DNA of 64,000 nt from Candidatus Poribacteria bacterium (GTDB taxonomy: Bacteria; Poribacteria; WGA-4E; WGA-3G). Positions 19,303 to 29,466 of the stretch are shown piece after piece (position 1 is the first letter of the stretch; the number at the start of each line of letters is the position of its first letter). A model generated the notes under the pieces. That model was not told the origin of the DNA. It made no database searches and saw nothing but the letters and a program-made list of their open reading frames with translations. The position numbers were made by a program, and so were the translations under genes. The stretch is taken from the NCBI GenBank assembly GCA_965198235.1, contig OZ240248.1, forward strand, positions 3,680,001 through 3,744,000, in the 5' to 3' direction.

Positions 19303-20700
19303 ATGTTTGAAAGTTTGGGCGATAGGTTACAAAGCACTTTCAAAAGACTCAAGGGACAGGGGAAGTTAACGGAGAACAATATCTCTGATACGCTGCGTGA
19401 GGTGCGTCGTGCATTTCTGGAAGCAGATGTTAACTATAAAGTCACACGTGAGTTTATAGAACGGATTAAAGTGCGCGCCCTCGGCCAAGAAGTACTCGGT
19501 AGCCTTACACCAGAACTGCAAATTGCTCGAATTATTGGTGAGGAACTCACCCAATTGATGGGTGAAAAGGCGGAGAAGATTCGCATCGCGCCGAGTGGTC
19601 CAACGGTGGTGATGCTGGCGGGGTTGCAAGGTGCAGGTAAAACGACTGTCGCGGCGAAGTTAGCACTTAGATTTCGCAAAGAGGGACGTAAACCCTTACT
19701 GGTTGCCGCTGATGTGTACCGACCTGCCGCTATTAAGCAGTTGCAGATTCTCGGCGAACAGACTGAAACGCCAGTGTTCTCAATGGGCACAGATGTCTCT
19801 CCTGTTGACATCGCTGAGTCATCTGTCAAGGAAGCTTTAGCACACGGACATAACTGCGTTATTATTGACACTGCTGGGCGTTTGCACATTGATGGGACAT
19901 TAATGGGTGAACTTCGGCAGATCAAAGAGCGGATTGACCTTACAGAAATCCTGCTTATCGTTGATGCGATGACGGGGCAGGATGCCGTGAATGTCGCCGA
20001 AAATTTCAATAATGATTTGGAGATTGATGGCGTTATCCTCACGAAAATGGATGGCGATGCTCGCGGTGGTGCTGCGCTCTCTATTCGGCATGTCACACAG
20101 AAACCGATTAAGTTCATCGGTGTCGGTGAAAAAATTGAGGCAGCGGCGTTAGAAGAGTTCCATCCTGAACGGATGTCTTCGCGCATCCTCGGACAGGGCG
20201 ATTTCCAAACTTTGCTTGAAAGAGCGGAGGAAGTTTTCACCGAGGATCAGGCGAAGGAACTTGAACGTAAACTCACAGAGAACAAAGGTTTAGATTTTGA
20301 CGATTTTCTCACGCAACTGGAGCAGATTAAGAATATGGGACCCTTGGATCAATTGATGGATCTGATGCCCTTTAAGAATCAGTTGCCTGTTGAAAACCTT
20401 ACACCGGATGAAAGCCTTTTGCAAACCGCGAAAGCGATCATCCATTCAATGACGCTTGAGGAGCGCAAGAATCCTCGGCTATTGGATAGAAGTCGAAAAC
20501 TCCGCATTTCCAAAGGCAGTGGAACAACAGTGAATCAAATAAACATGCTGGTTTCGCAGTTGCAGATGATGAATCGTATGTTAAACCAGCAAGCGGCGAT
20601 GGCGATGCCACAAATGGGTCGAAAAATGGGTTCTCTGCCGGGTTTGAAACGGCAGACATCGAAGAAACCCCGAAAACGGAAACGCCGCAAATCACGATAG
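19303..20700 (+). CDS. ffh: Signal recognition particle protein Ffh
   Basis: GLQGAGKTT, DTAGR, TKMDGDARGGAALS, M domain SMT..ER..P....SR..RI..GSG. Confidence 0.98.
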   Translation: MFESLGDRLQSTFKRLKGQGKLTENNISDTLREVRRAFLEADVNYKVTREFIERIKVRALGQEVLGSLTPELQIARIIGEELTQLMGEKAEKIRIAPSGPTVVMLAGLQGAGKTTVAAKLALRFRKEGRKPLLVAADVYRPAAIKQLQILGEQTETPVFSMGTDVSPVDIAESSVKEALAHGHNCVIIDTAGRLHIDGTLMGELRQIKERIDLTEILLIVDAMTGQDAVNVAENFNNDLEIDGVILTKMDGDARGGAALSIRHVTQKPIKFIGVGEKIEAAALEEFHPERMSSRILGQGDFQTLLERAEEVFTEDQAKELERKLTENKGLDFDDFLTQLEQIKNMGPLDQLMDLMPFKNQLPVENLTPDESLLQTAKAIIHSMTLEERKNPRLLDRSRKLRISKGSGTTVNQINMLVSQLQMMNRMLNQQAAMAMPQMGRKMGSLPGLKRQTSKKPRKRKRRKSR

Positions 20701-20758
20701 GGCGACTCAGAGAGGGTTGCCTTCTATGCACGCAGTGTAAATACCAAGGAGGTATTTT

Positions 20759-21163
20759 TTGGCAGTTAGAATTAGATTACAACGACACGGTAGAAAGAAA
20801 CGTCCTTTTTATCGACTTGTCGCGGCTGATGCACGCTCCCAAAGGGATGGCGTGTTTTTAGAACGCCTCGGTCATTACAATCCTATGACGGATCCGGCAG
20901 ATATTTTCATTGATGAAGAGAAAGCCTTAAAGTGGTTAAGACGGGGGGCACAACCTTCCGATACCGCAAAGTGGCTGCTTACCAAGAACGGGATTTTGAT
21001 GAAATTCGAGTACGAAAAATTAGGAAAACCGATGCCGGGGGATGAAGTCGTCGAAGAAGTCGCAGAAACAGAGGATGTCGAACCTACCGAGACACAGGAC
21101 GCAGCGTCTGAAGCGGACACCTCGCTCGACGAAGCAACGCCGGAACCCACCGAAGAAGAGTAG
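20759..21163 (+). CDS. rpsP: 30S ribosomal protein S16 with acidic C-terminal extension
   Basis: [27 protein letters not shown]; TTG start after AAGGAGG. Confidence 0.97.
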   Translation: MAVRIRLQRHGRKKRPFYRLVAADARSQRDGVFLERLGHYNPMTDPADIFIDEEKALKWLRRGAQPSDTAKWLLTKNGILMKFEYEKLGKPMPGDEVVEEVAETEDVEPTETQDAASEADTSLDEATPEPTEEE

Positions 21164-21229
21164 CATCTACTTCGACGGGTTCTGGAGACACGGGCAGTAA
21201 GCACATCTACTGAAATCCGAAAGTCAACT

Positions 21230-21481
21230 ATGTTCAAAGATTTGATTGAATATATCGTAAAATCTCTCGTCGATTATCCTGACCAGGTGGTGGTTCATGA
21301 AGTAACTGGCGAAACGGTCGTTATCATTGAGTTGACTGTCACAGAGGAAGATCTGGGGAAGATCATCGGTAGATATGGGAGAACGCTTAAAGCGATAAGA
21401 AGTGTCCTCTATACCGCGGGGTTGCAAGCGAATAAAAAGGTTATTCTTGAACTGATTGAACACTCAAGATCGGACGCATAG
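21230..21481 (+). CDS. khpA: KH-domain RNA-binding protein KhpA
   Basis: LIEYIVKSLVD.P, DLGKIIGR.GRT.KAIR; position after rpsP. Confidence 0.92.
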   Translation: MFKDLIEYIVKSLVDYPDQVVVHEVTGETVVIIELTVTEEDLGKIIGRYGRTLKAIRSVLYTAGLQANKKVILELIEHSRSDA

Positions 21482-21489
21482 ATTGAAGA

Positions 21490-21670
21490 ATAGCAGTCAG
21501 GACGGAAAACCTTTCAGGTTTTCCTTTCAGCAGTCAGCGAAGAAAAGTTGGCAAGTGCCCTAAAGTCGTCCGTAAGTTATCAATACCTTCTCTCAACTTT
21601 ACGGACTTCGCAACTTTAGAACACTTGAGCATACCTTACCCCCACTGATAACCGATAGCTGAAAGCCGCC
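21490..21670. repeat. Heptamer-repeat-bounded intergenic element
   Basis: (cagcagt)-type units on the left and complementary (actgata/accgata/gctgaaa) units on the right. Same architecture at 40744-40826, 6411-6438, 45344-45361 and 63020-63062. Confidence 0.55.
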
Positions 21671-21677
21671 ACTAAAG

Positions 21678-22406
21678 ATGATAATCGATGTTCTTGCCCT
21701 GTTTCCAGAGATAATCGCGCCAGCGTTGAAAACTGGCATCCTCAAGCGTGTTCAGGACGCCGATAGACTCACCGTCAATCTCTATAACCTACGGGATTGG
21801 GCAACCGACAAACATAAGTCGGTTGATGATTACCCTTATGGCGGTGGCGCGGGAATGATTCTTAAACCGGAACCTATTTTTGCAGCGATTGCGGCATTGA
21901 ACTCGGAGGCTAACGCACACGTTATCTATTTAACACCGCAAGGGACACCCTTAACACAGGAGTTTGCGGAATCGCTCTCCTTGGAAACGCATCTGATTCT
22001 TTTGTGTGGGCGTTACAAGGGCGTTGATGAAAGGGTACGCCACCAATTGGTGACAACTGAGGTTTCTATTGGGGACTATGTATTAAGCGGTGGGGAAATC
22101 GCTGCGCTTGTTTTGATTGATGCTATCGGTCGTGTCCTTCCCGGTGCCCTCGGCGATTACGAATCTGCACACGTCGATTCGTTCAGTCATGAATTGCTCG
22201 ACCATCCTCACTATACACGACCTGCTGAGTTTGCCGGAATAAGTGTCCCTGAGGTGCTTTTAAGTGGACATCATGAGAATATTGAGAAATGGCGGTATGC
22301 AGAGGCACTTAAACGGACCGCGAAATGCCGTCCAGATTTACTTCAGAAACTGGAACTGAGCGAAGAGGATATCGCTATTCTCAAAGCAGCGGGATTGATG
22401 GAGTAA
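21678..22406 (+). CDS. trmD: tRNA (guanine37-N1)-methyltransferase
   Basis: [43 protein letters not shown]. Confidence 0.98.
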   Translation: MIIDVLALFPEIIAPALKTGILKRVQDADRLTVNLYNLRDWATDKHKSVDDYPYGGGAGMILKPEPIFAAIAALNSEANAHVIYLTPQGTPLTQEFAESLSLETHLILLCGRYKGVDERVRHQLVTTEVSIGDYVLSGGEIAALVLIDAIGRVLPGALGDYESAHVDSFSHELLDHPHYTRPAEFAGISVPEVLLSGHHENIEKWRYAEALKRTAKCRPDLLQKLELSEEDIAILKAAGLME

Positions 22407-22479
22407 CCAAAGAATTGGTGATTGGGTCTTTCTGCGACCTGTAAATCTGCATAAATATATATCAGCACTTATATTACAT

Positions 22480-22571
22480 TAGGACGGACGCAGACCCCGC
22501 GTATTTGCTGGCGAGGTTTCAAACCTCGCCAGCGGTTCACGGGAGCACGTCTCAATTTTGCGTAAGTCCTG
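22480..22571. mobile_element. MITE-like element ((T/C)AGGACTTACGCA ends) containing a REP hairpin
   Basis: Ends taggacggacgca ... tgcgtaagtcctg; ttacat on both flanks; reverse copy of one half at 45283-45345. Confidence 0.6.
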
Positions 22572-22600
22572 TTACATAATTGCATAAGGAGGAGTTCGAG

Positions 22601-22945
22601 ATGAATTTGATTGAATCTGTTGAAAATCAATATATGAAGGGCGATATCCCTAAGTTTGGTCCTGGGGATGTAGTCAAGGTGAACACCCGTATCCGTGAAG
22701 GGGAAAAAGAACGGATTCAGACGTACGAGGGAACCGTGATCCGTCGCGCCCATGGTGGATTAAAGGAAACGTTTACGGTTCGGCGTGTCGCATTCGGTGC
22801 TGGCAGTGAGAGAACCTTCCCTCTCCATTCGCCTAATATTGAGAGCATTCAGGTGGTTCGATACGGTGCCGTTCGCCGCGCGAAGTTGTATTACTTGCGC
22901 GAGCGTACTGGAAGATCTGCTCGTGTCAAAGAACGCAGAAGATAA
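22601..22945 (+). CDS. rplS: 50S ribosomal protein L19
   Basis: [36 protein letters not shown]; AGGAGG RBS. Confidence 0.98.
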   Translation: MNLIESVENQYMKGDIPKFGPGDVVKVNTRIREGEKERIQTYEGTVIRRAHGGLKETFTVRRVAFGAGSERTFPLHSPNIESIQVVRYGAVRRAKLYYLRERTGRSARVKERRR

Positions 22946-22949
22946 CCTA

Positions 22950-23549
22950 ATGGAGATGAATGTATTTGAGTTCGCATGCCAACAAAGTGGCTACAAACAG
23001 ATTGCTGGCATTGACGAGGCGGGCCGAGGTGCCTTGGCAGGTCCCGTCATTGCCGCTGCAGTCATCTTACCGACTCATTGCAGCATTAAAGGTTTGCGAG
23101 ATTCAAAGCAGTTGTCTCCGAAGCAACGTGCCCACCTGTTTGACGAAATCCACAACATCGCTGTATCCATAGGTGTTGGTTCCGCTGATCATCGGGTTAT
23201 TGATCGTTTGAATGTTCTTGAGGCGACTCTTTTGGCGATGCAGGAAGCGGTTGAAAAACTAACAGTGCCCCCCGATTACTTACTCGTTGATGGCTTGGAT
23301 TTACCTGAAGTAGATATTGTGGGTCAAGCAATTCCGAAGGGTGATAGCCAAAGTTATTCTATCGCGGCAGCCTCTATTATCGCTAAAGTCACTCGAGATC
23401 GGCTGATGGCTGAATTGGATCCAATCTACCCCAATTACGGATTCTCACGGCATAAAGGGTATCCCACATCCCAACATCGACAAGCGATTGCCCAGTTTGG
23501 CGCATCGGATATTCATCGTCGCACTTTTAAACTCCTTCCCGATGCTTGA
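22950..23549 (+). CDS. rnhB: Ribonuclease HII
   Basis: AGIDEAGRGALAGPV, DSK.L, LVDG, KGD..S.SIAAASIIAKV.RD, HKGYPT; start ATG 22950. Confidence 0.97.
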   Translation: MEMNVFEFACQQSGYKQIAGIDEAGRGALAGPVIAAAVILPTHCSIKGLRDSKQLSPKQRAHLFDEIHNIAVSIGVGSADHRVIDRLNVLEATLLAMQEAVEKLTVPPDYLLVDGLDLPEVDIVGQAIPKGDSQSYSIAAASIIAKVTRDRLMAELDPIYPNYGFSRHKGYPTSQHRQAIAQFGASDIHRRTFKLLPDA

Positions 23550-23839
23550 ACCGTTTACCGAACTCCGATATAAAACCTTCGATTTTCAGTCAGAGATATA
23601 AGACCCTCCTCGTCTATCACACCAAGAGTTCCTTTTTAATTCTATAAAAAAATCAGATTTCTATGATTTTTTTAAGATTATGCACCCTTTTCGCCTTAAA
23701 ATTGTATCATTATAATTCAATAGTAGGGAACGTATTAGATTTAACGATTTCAGTTCACTTACTGCCGTATGTTATATTTTCAATTGATGGGTCCTAACAC
23801 ATAACTGCTTCTACTGCCGTATGTGAGGAGGAATGCATT

Positions 23840-24523
23840 ATGAAACGCCATCCGTTTTTTCTACGAGAAGTCCATCGGACCTTATGTATAGGTTCTTCAA
23901 ATTCAACGCCGTTTATTTCTGTTGCGTCGCTTATCTTTTTGGTTTTGGCGATAAGTTGTGGTCCAGCACCGAAAGGACAGTACCACGTTCCCGAAACTGC
24001 GATTGCCGCCGCTGCGAAAACAATGCCAGAGCCGTCAATGCAGACTGCTGAGAACTTACCAGAATCCGCCGCAGTCAATTTGAGGCAGATGCCCTACGTC
24101 AGAAATCTTTTTAAACAGCCGCTGCGTATTGATAGGGGCGGACTTGACGATTTTTATGGGACGACCCGTGGTAAAGTGCAGCATATCGCTATTATCTCCA
24201 ACGCTTCGCTTGATGTGCTGAAAGCGTTTGTAGCGGAAGGATGGGCTCCTATTGTAGTGGTTCAATTGCAAGGACGGAGTCCGGAAATTTTACCGCTGTC
24301 TGCTTACGACGACCGGTCGAGCGAAGTAATTCTCCAAAATCCGGTTAATCTTGGCGAGCGTCGGGTGAGTTATAAGAATTTTGAAATGTATGGGGCGGCG
24401 AGTTCTCGGAACAAATGTGTCTTGATCACGCCGCAACGGCTCATGGATACGGACGTTTGGAAAGTGTTAAGGAGATATTTACCTACAGAAGCGTTCCAGC
24501 AGATTCGTGTGAGAAGCCGCTGA
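23840..24523 (+). CDS. Hypothetical lipoprotein
   Basis: GAGGAGG RBS; hydrophobic stretch ending LAISC. Confidence 0.65.
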   Translation: MKRHPFFLREVHRTLCIGSSNSTPFISVASLIFLVLAISCGPAPKGQYHVPETAIAAAAKTMPEPSMQTAENLPESAAVNLRQMPYVRNLFKQPLRIDRGGLDDFYGTTRGKVQHIAIISNASLDVLKAFVAEGWAPIVVVQLQGRSPEILPLSAYDDRSSEVILQNPVNLGERRVSYKNFEMYGAASSRNKCVLITPQRLMDTDVWKVLRRYLPTEAFQQIRVRSR

Positions 24524-24796
24524 TTCCAAATCTTGTTATTAGGCACGATTTATGGTAGTCCAATAGATAACTCTCACTGCGAGCAATTTGAACGTTCCCG
24601 TTTTTTGGTAAACAAATCGCGGGAGGAAACCGTTTTGTAGCACAAACTGTTAGAAGGAGCTCACGAGGTGCATCTGCCTTTGGATGAACTGTCATTTAAG
24701 GACAGGTTATACGTTGCTACCTACCAGCTCGGAATCTTTCAGGTCTCGCTTGAGGAAGAATAGATAACAGTGCGGTGGTAAGAAAGGAATGGAACT

Positions 24797-25795
24797 ATGA
24801 AGTTGGCATGGTCTCAACAGCTCACAAGGTCGTTCTGTTCACAGAAGTGTTTTTTTACACTACTGATGGGTCTTTTCATAGCATTGACAAGCCAATTTCC
24901 CGTTGATGCCATGAAGATCCTCTTTCAGTCAACCGAGAGTTTAAATAATTTTAGATATAGTATCTATATGATGAATGCCAATGGGAAGAACCTTGTCAAG
25001 CTCACCAAAGGTCGCGCATCGAACGCACATCCTACGTGGTCTCCAGGCGGAAGACAGATTGCCTTTGCCTCGAACCGTGATGGAGACTATGAAGTTTATG
25101 TCATGAACCCTGATGGTACGCATCGTGTCCAATTGACGAAAAACCTATTGGCAATTGATAGCCATCCTACGTGGTCTCCGGACGGAACGAAAATTGCCTT
25201 TGTCTCAGATCGAGATGGCGACGATGACATCTATGTGGTGAATGCTAAGGGTGGCAACGCAATGAACCTCACCCGGAATTCAAAAACAGAGTGGTATCCT
25301 GCTTGGTCTCCGGATGGAACGCGAATCGCCTATGCCTCATCCCTTCGTGGTGACTTTTTTAGTGTTTTCGTGATGAACGCCGATGGTTCTAATCCCATTC
25401 AACTGACGAAAAACCCGTGGGCAACGGAATGGCATCCTGCGTGGTCTCCGGATGGGAAGCAGATTGTTTTTTCTTCAGACCGTGATGGCAACTATGAAAT
25501 CTATGTGATGAACGCCGATGGCACCAATCCTGTTCGATTGACGAAGCATCAGGTAGCAGACATTTATCCTGCGTGGTCTCCGGATGGGAAGCAGATTGCC
25601 TTTTCTTCGGGCCGCGATGGCAACGGTTTTGATATTTTCGTGATGAAGTCCGAGGGTTCCAATCCTGTCAACATCACGCGAAATCAAGGTAGCCATGATT
25701 TTAATGTTTCTTGGCAACCTGCGCCGTTTGCCGTTTCCCCAAAGACGAAGTTAGTAACACTGTGGGGTGCCATTAAATATAATAAGGCAAAATAA
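24797..25795 (+). CDS. TolB-like PD40 beta-propeller protein with conserved C-terminal tail
   Basis: Five P(T/A)WSP(D/G)G..IAF.S.RDG...IYVMN.DG repeats; tail AVSPKTKLVTLWGAIK. Confidence 0.9.
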   Translation: MKLAWSQQLTRSFCSQKCFFTLLMGLFIALTSQFPVDAMKILFQSTESLNNFRYSIYMMNANGKNLVKLTKGRASNAHPTWSPGGRQIAFASNRDGDYEVYVMNPDGTHRVQLTKNLLAIDSHPTWSPDGTKIAFVSDRDGDDDIYVVNAKGGNAMNLTRNSKTEWYPAWSPDGTRIAYASSLRGDFFSVFVMNADGSNPIQLTKNPWATEWHPAWSPDGKQIVFSSDRDGNYEIYVMNADGTNPVRLTKHQVADIYPAWSPDGKQIAFSSGRDGNGFDIFVMKSEGSNPVNITRNQGSHDFNVSWQPAPFAVSPKTKLVTLWGAIKYNKAK

Positions 25796-25823
25796 AATTT
25801 GCGCTCTTAAAGCATATCGTATA

Positions 25824-25968
25824 GGACTTACGCAGCCTGCTTGTTTTCGCGCAGGTTTTGGTTCGTAGTCGCGCAATGGCGCAAGTCGCGTGTGGACTTG
25901 CGGGACAATGCGCATTCTTGGGGTGTGGCTAATCAATTTCATCGTGGAATCCAAATTTGCGTAAGTCC
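25824..25968. mobile_element. MITE with GGACTTACGCA terminal inverted repeats
   Basis: Perfect TIRs at 25824-25834 and 25958-25968, flanked by the direct repeat tatcgtata (25815-25823, 25969-25977). Confidence 0.8.
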
Positions 25969-26044
25969 TATCGTATATAGGGTTTCCTACATATTCGCGC
26001 GGTCCGACTGTACGATAAAAAATGGTTGTTTCTGGATTTGACTA

Positions 26045-26353
26045 ATGGAGCGGAAGATGAGAATCCGATTGGGACTATTAACTTTGCGGAGTAGTCTGAT
26101 AGAAGTGCTCATAGTTTTTGTGCTTTTGGGCACCTTGGTGTTAGTAAGCATGACACAGTGGACTGAAGCGAGAATCGCAAAACGGAATGGTCTTTATAGT
26201 ATCTACGTGATGAATACCGATGATAGCGGGGTTGTTGCCGTTGTTGAGGACTTAGGATTGGTGATAACTCCAGCGTGGTCCCCAAAACCGTTGGCTGTTT
26301 CTGCCAAAGGAAAATCGTCGACTTTGCGGGGAACTCTCAAGAGCAAACAGTAG
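26045..26353 (+). pseudogene. Internally deleted TolB-like paralogue (signal peptide + one PD40 unit + degenerate tail)
   Basis: YSIYVMNTD...PAWSPKPLAVSAKGKSSTLRGTLK mirrors the first and last parts of the upstream protein. Confidence 0.6.
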
Positions 26354-26381
26354 TTATGTGCTTAGAGGACGGGAGACATAG

Positions 26382-26768
26382 ATGGATCGTTCACGTTTGA
26401 ACGTCGCAAAAATTGGTGAGTCGTTGGCAGTGAAGCACCTCAAAGCGCGAGGGTGTGAAATCCTTGCACAGAATTATCGTGCGGTACGCGGCGAAATCGA
26501 TCTCATCGCACAGGATGGCGAATTCACCGTTTTTGTGGAAGTGAAAACGCGACGGAGCCTCAGATTTGGCTTGCCCCAAGCGGCTGTGACGCTACAGAAA
26601 CAGCGACAAATCTCCAAAGTTGCTTTGGCATATCTACAAGCCCGAAACCTCTTAGACACGCCTTGCCGTTTTGATGTTATCGCAATTCACTTGTCCCCGC
26701 AGCTTGAATTGTTACACCTTGAGCAGATTGAAAGTGCGTTTATGTTTCAAGCCGGAAGTAGATTCTGA
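26382..26768 (+). CDS. yraN: YraN family (UPF0102) nuclease
   Basis: GE..A..HL...G..IL..NYR...GEIDLIA, FVEVKTR, CRFDVIAI. Confidence 0.95.
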   Translation: MDRSRLNVAKIGESLAVKHLKARGCEILAQNYRAVRGEIDLIAQDGEFTVFVEVKTRRSLRFGLPQAAVTLQKQRQISKVALAYLQARNLLDTPCRFDVIAIHLSPQLELLHLEQIESAFMFQAGSRF

Positions 26769-26780
26769 ACTGCTTCCTGT

Positions 26781-27674
26781 TTATAAGTCGGGAAACCTTA
26801 AAATCCGTTTTGCATTTCCTCCCATGATGTCTGCCAGTTCCGCTTCAGATAAATCTGGTAGTAATTCTTCTATAACTGTGGTAAGTTTACCATAACCCGG
26901 TTCTTCCAAAATCCATGGAAAATCGGTTGCCCACATCAATCGTTTTGCCCCAAAGCCGGTCAAAAGTCCCCGGTGCCATCCCGCTAAATCTTTATAGGGA
27001 AATTCTTCTTTGCTAAAGGCATATTGACCAGAGAGATGCACATTAACATTTTCAAAGCGCGCGAGTCGATAAGTGGTGTGCATAGTGAGGTTGTAACCTG
27101 TCACCTGTATCTGAGGTCTCCCGAACTCGTCCCAGCTGAATTTGCCTTTTCCTGGGCACACGGCGAGATGATTGAGCACAACCCGTACCTGTGGGAATTC
27201 TTGTATCAGATATGGCAGGAGATGTGCGTTGATGGCGTTCGGATAGAGCCATAGCACATAGTCATGTTCGGCGGCACACTCCCAGATAGGATACGCCTCA
27301 AACTCCCGAACATCCATCTTCGCAAAAATATCACGCGGTCCCCCAAATGTGGAAAATCGGAATCCGATAATCCCTGTGTTATCTGTTAGTTCCGCCATGT
27401 GGTCAGCGGGGTTCGGGTGTCCCTCTGGGATCAGTCCGATTCCTAAAAACCGATTCGGATACTCTTTGAGGCAACGTAGCAGGTAACGATGCTGTTCTAT
27501 GCTCGTGCCAGCCATCTGGACGAGGACCGCTTGGTCGATCTGGTGTTTTTCCATTTCGCCTAACAGTTTTTCGACAGGCTCTTCCCGTTCTGCGGGCCAG
27601 ACGTCTGATGTCTCCCTCGGAAACTCGGAGGAGGCTTTTGTGAATACATGCAGATGCGCATCAATTCGTGGCAT
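26781..27674 (-). CDS. Amidohydrolase_2 family protein
   Basis: IDAHLHV, VLNHLA, RLMWATDFP, GGNA. Confidence 0.9.
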   Translation of the reverse strand: MPRIDAHLHVFTKASSEFPRETSDVWPAEREEPVEKLLGEMEKHQIDQAVLVQMAGTSIEQHRYLLRCLKEYPNRFLGIGLIPEGHPNPADHMAELTDNTGIIGFRFSTFGGPRDIFAKMDVREFEAYPIWECAAEHDYVLWLYPNAINAHLLPYLIQEFPQVRVVLNHLAVCPGKGKFSWDEFGRPQIQVTGYNLTMHTTYRLARFENVNVHLSGQYAFSKEEFPYKDLAGWHRGLLTGFGAKRLMWATDFPWILEEPGYGKLTTVIEELLPDLSEAELADIMGGNAKRILRFPDL

Positions 27675-27692
27675 GGGATAATCCTCCTTTAG

Positions 27693-28409
27693 TTAGCTGT
27701 CCAAGCTAAACAATTTGCGGCGTTCCGGGGTCTGGCAATACGCCGAGATGGCGGCATACTGTTCCGGTCCAATACGTCCCGATGTTCGTTTTTCGTAAAT
27801 CAGGATGATTGATTTACGCGGTACGTCGGAGTGATTGTCCATTGAAACGTGCCATCCGCACGAATTGAACATAATCGCTGTGCCGGCTTTAGCGGGAAAA
27901 GTTTTATGTCCCGGCATGCTCTCTTGCCGCATCGGGCGTGTGTACGGACCGGCATCGGGTATATGACTGCCCGGCACAAAGCCGAATTCCCCACCTCCCG
28001 GTTCGACATCGTTGACGTAGATTTGCACCTTGATGTGGAGCGGATTGCTCTGTGGTACATCGGGGTGCCATCCCGTATAACTCACGGGCCACGGTGCCAC
28101 AGTCCGAACCTGAGGTCCCAATAGAATCAGGTCGTGATCGGTGAACTCCATCAGTGCGCCGTAGTAACTTGGATAGTCGATAATATCAATGAAAATCGGA
28201 TCTTTTTCAAGTGGGCTTGGGATGTCATAAAACGTTGCTGCGGCTTCCGCTGCTTCGACTCTGTCCAACCAATCTGCCTTGCATGCGTCTGCCCAGTGAT
28301 CGAAAGCGGTTTGGAGTCGCTTAAGGTCCTCCCCTTGAATTGCGTTTTCAAAAACGAGATACCCTTCTTCTTCCCACTGTTCTTTTTGTTCGGGTGTTGG
28401 TAGAATCAT
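27693..28409 (-). CDS. Phytanoyl-CoA dioxygenase (PhyH) family Fe/2OG enzyme
   Basis: WHPD, VPGSH, AGT..MFN..GWH, N.S..PR. Confidence 0.9.
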   Translation of the reverse strand: MILPTPEQKEQWEEEGYLVFENAIQGEDLKRLQTAFDHWADACKADWLDRVEAAEAAATFYDIPSPLEKDPIFIDIIDYPSYYGALMEFTDHDLILLGPQVRTVAPWPVSYTGWHPDVPQSNPLHIKVQIYVNDVEPGGGEFGFVPGSHIPDAGPYTRPMRQESMPGHKTFPAKAGTAIMFNSCGWHVSMDNHSDVPRKSIILIYEKRTSGRIGPEQYAAISAYCQTPERRKLFSLDS

Positions 28410-28422
28410 GATCTCCCTCCCA

Positions 28423-29466
28423 TTATTTTACGCGGCCCCTGCCTGCAATTTGCCAGATTGTTTCGACGTTATTATTTCTTATACCTATCAGTTCATTGTG
28501 CAGATTACTCGTCATCCCTTGATGCAGCGGGATAACGGAAAGCTGCTCACCGACCTTAAATCGGTGGGAACATTCACTGACATTGACATGCCCATGCTCG
28601 ACAGACATGCCGTAAATCTTCGCCTCGGGATGTTCAACGATGTGCCCGTAAGGCGTTGGCGGATAACTGGTAAAAGTCTTCATCCCGCCATCAATGATAA
28701 TCCGCTCAGGTGTTGGCGTGCTGACAACCGTTACGATAACACGGAGGACACACCTTTCAGGCGCGAGCATCTCCGAATTGCCGATCCGAGTCAAACCCTC
28801 GTAAACATAAGAACCGCTTCGTGTTTCCGTACAGCCGAGTTCTTTCGATGCCTCCTCCGAACCTGTGCCGCCACCACTGATGATGTTCACAGGAATACCG
28901 TCGCGGGTCAGGAGGCCGAGTGTTTCTGTGAGAAACGGTTTGGCTCGAACATTGCTCGGATACGTCATCACGCCTTGGAAGTCAATGCCGGGCATTTTCA
29001 CGATCTGTTGTGCAAGGTGTTGTGCTTTTTGGGGGGACTGCACACCACAGCGTCCACTTCCGGTATCGAGTTCCACGATAACAGGCACAACACAACTGTC
29101 AGCAATTGCTTGTTGAGAGATACCGATTGCGGTCTCCTCTGAATCGAGTGCGACGGTAATTCGCGCGCGTTTTGTGAGTGCTGTCAATCGCTTCAGTTTC
29201 GGTTTTCCAACGATATTGTAGGGGATAAGGATATTGTCGATTCCAGCATCCACCATTACCTCTGCTTCGCCTAATTTCTGGCAGGTAATGCCTTGGGAAC
29301 CGGCAGCGATCTGCAATTTAGCGATTTCTGGCACCTTATGGGTTTTGGTATGAACGCGTAGGGGTATACCGAGTTGGTCGCAGTGCATTGCCATACCGTT
29401 GATGTTCCGTTCAAGCACGTCCAGATCTGCGGCAAGTGCGGGTGTGTCTAAGGCAGCGATGTTCAT
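28423..29466 (-). CDS. DSD1 / D-threonine aldolase family PLP enzyme (alanine racemase fold)
   Basis: LDTPAL, R.HTKTHK, CQKLGEAE, G.GRCG, SGGGT, S.EHG. Confidence 0.9.
   Translation of the reverse strand: MNIAALDTPALAADLDVLERNINGMAMHCDQLGIPLRVHTKTHKVPEIAKLQIAAGSQGITCQKLGEAEVMVDAGIDNILIPYNIVGKPKLKRLTALTKRARITVALDSEETAIGISQQAIADSCVVPVIVELDTGSGRCGVQSPQKAQHLAQQIVKMPGIDFQGVMTYPSNVRAKPFLTETLGLLTRDGIPVNIISGGGTGSEEASKELGCTETRSGSYVYEGLTRIGNSEMLAPERCVLRVIVTVVSTPTPERIIIDGGMKTFTSYPPTPYGHIVEHPEAKIYGMSVEHGHVNVSECSHRFKVGEQLSVIPLHQGMTSNLHNELIGIRNNNVETIWQIAGRGRVK

Noticed and set aside
19434-20240. 268-aa antisense ORF
   Set aside because: Lies entirely opposite ffh with no recognisable motifs; shadow ORF.
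28408-29142. 244-aa plus-strand ORF
   Set aside because: Antisense shadow of the DSD1-family gene.
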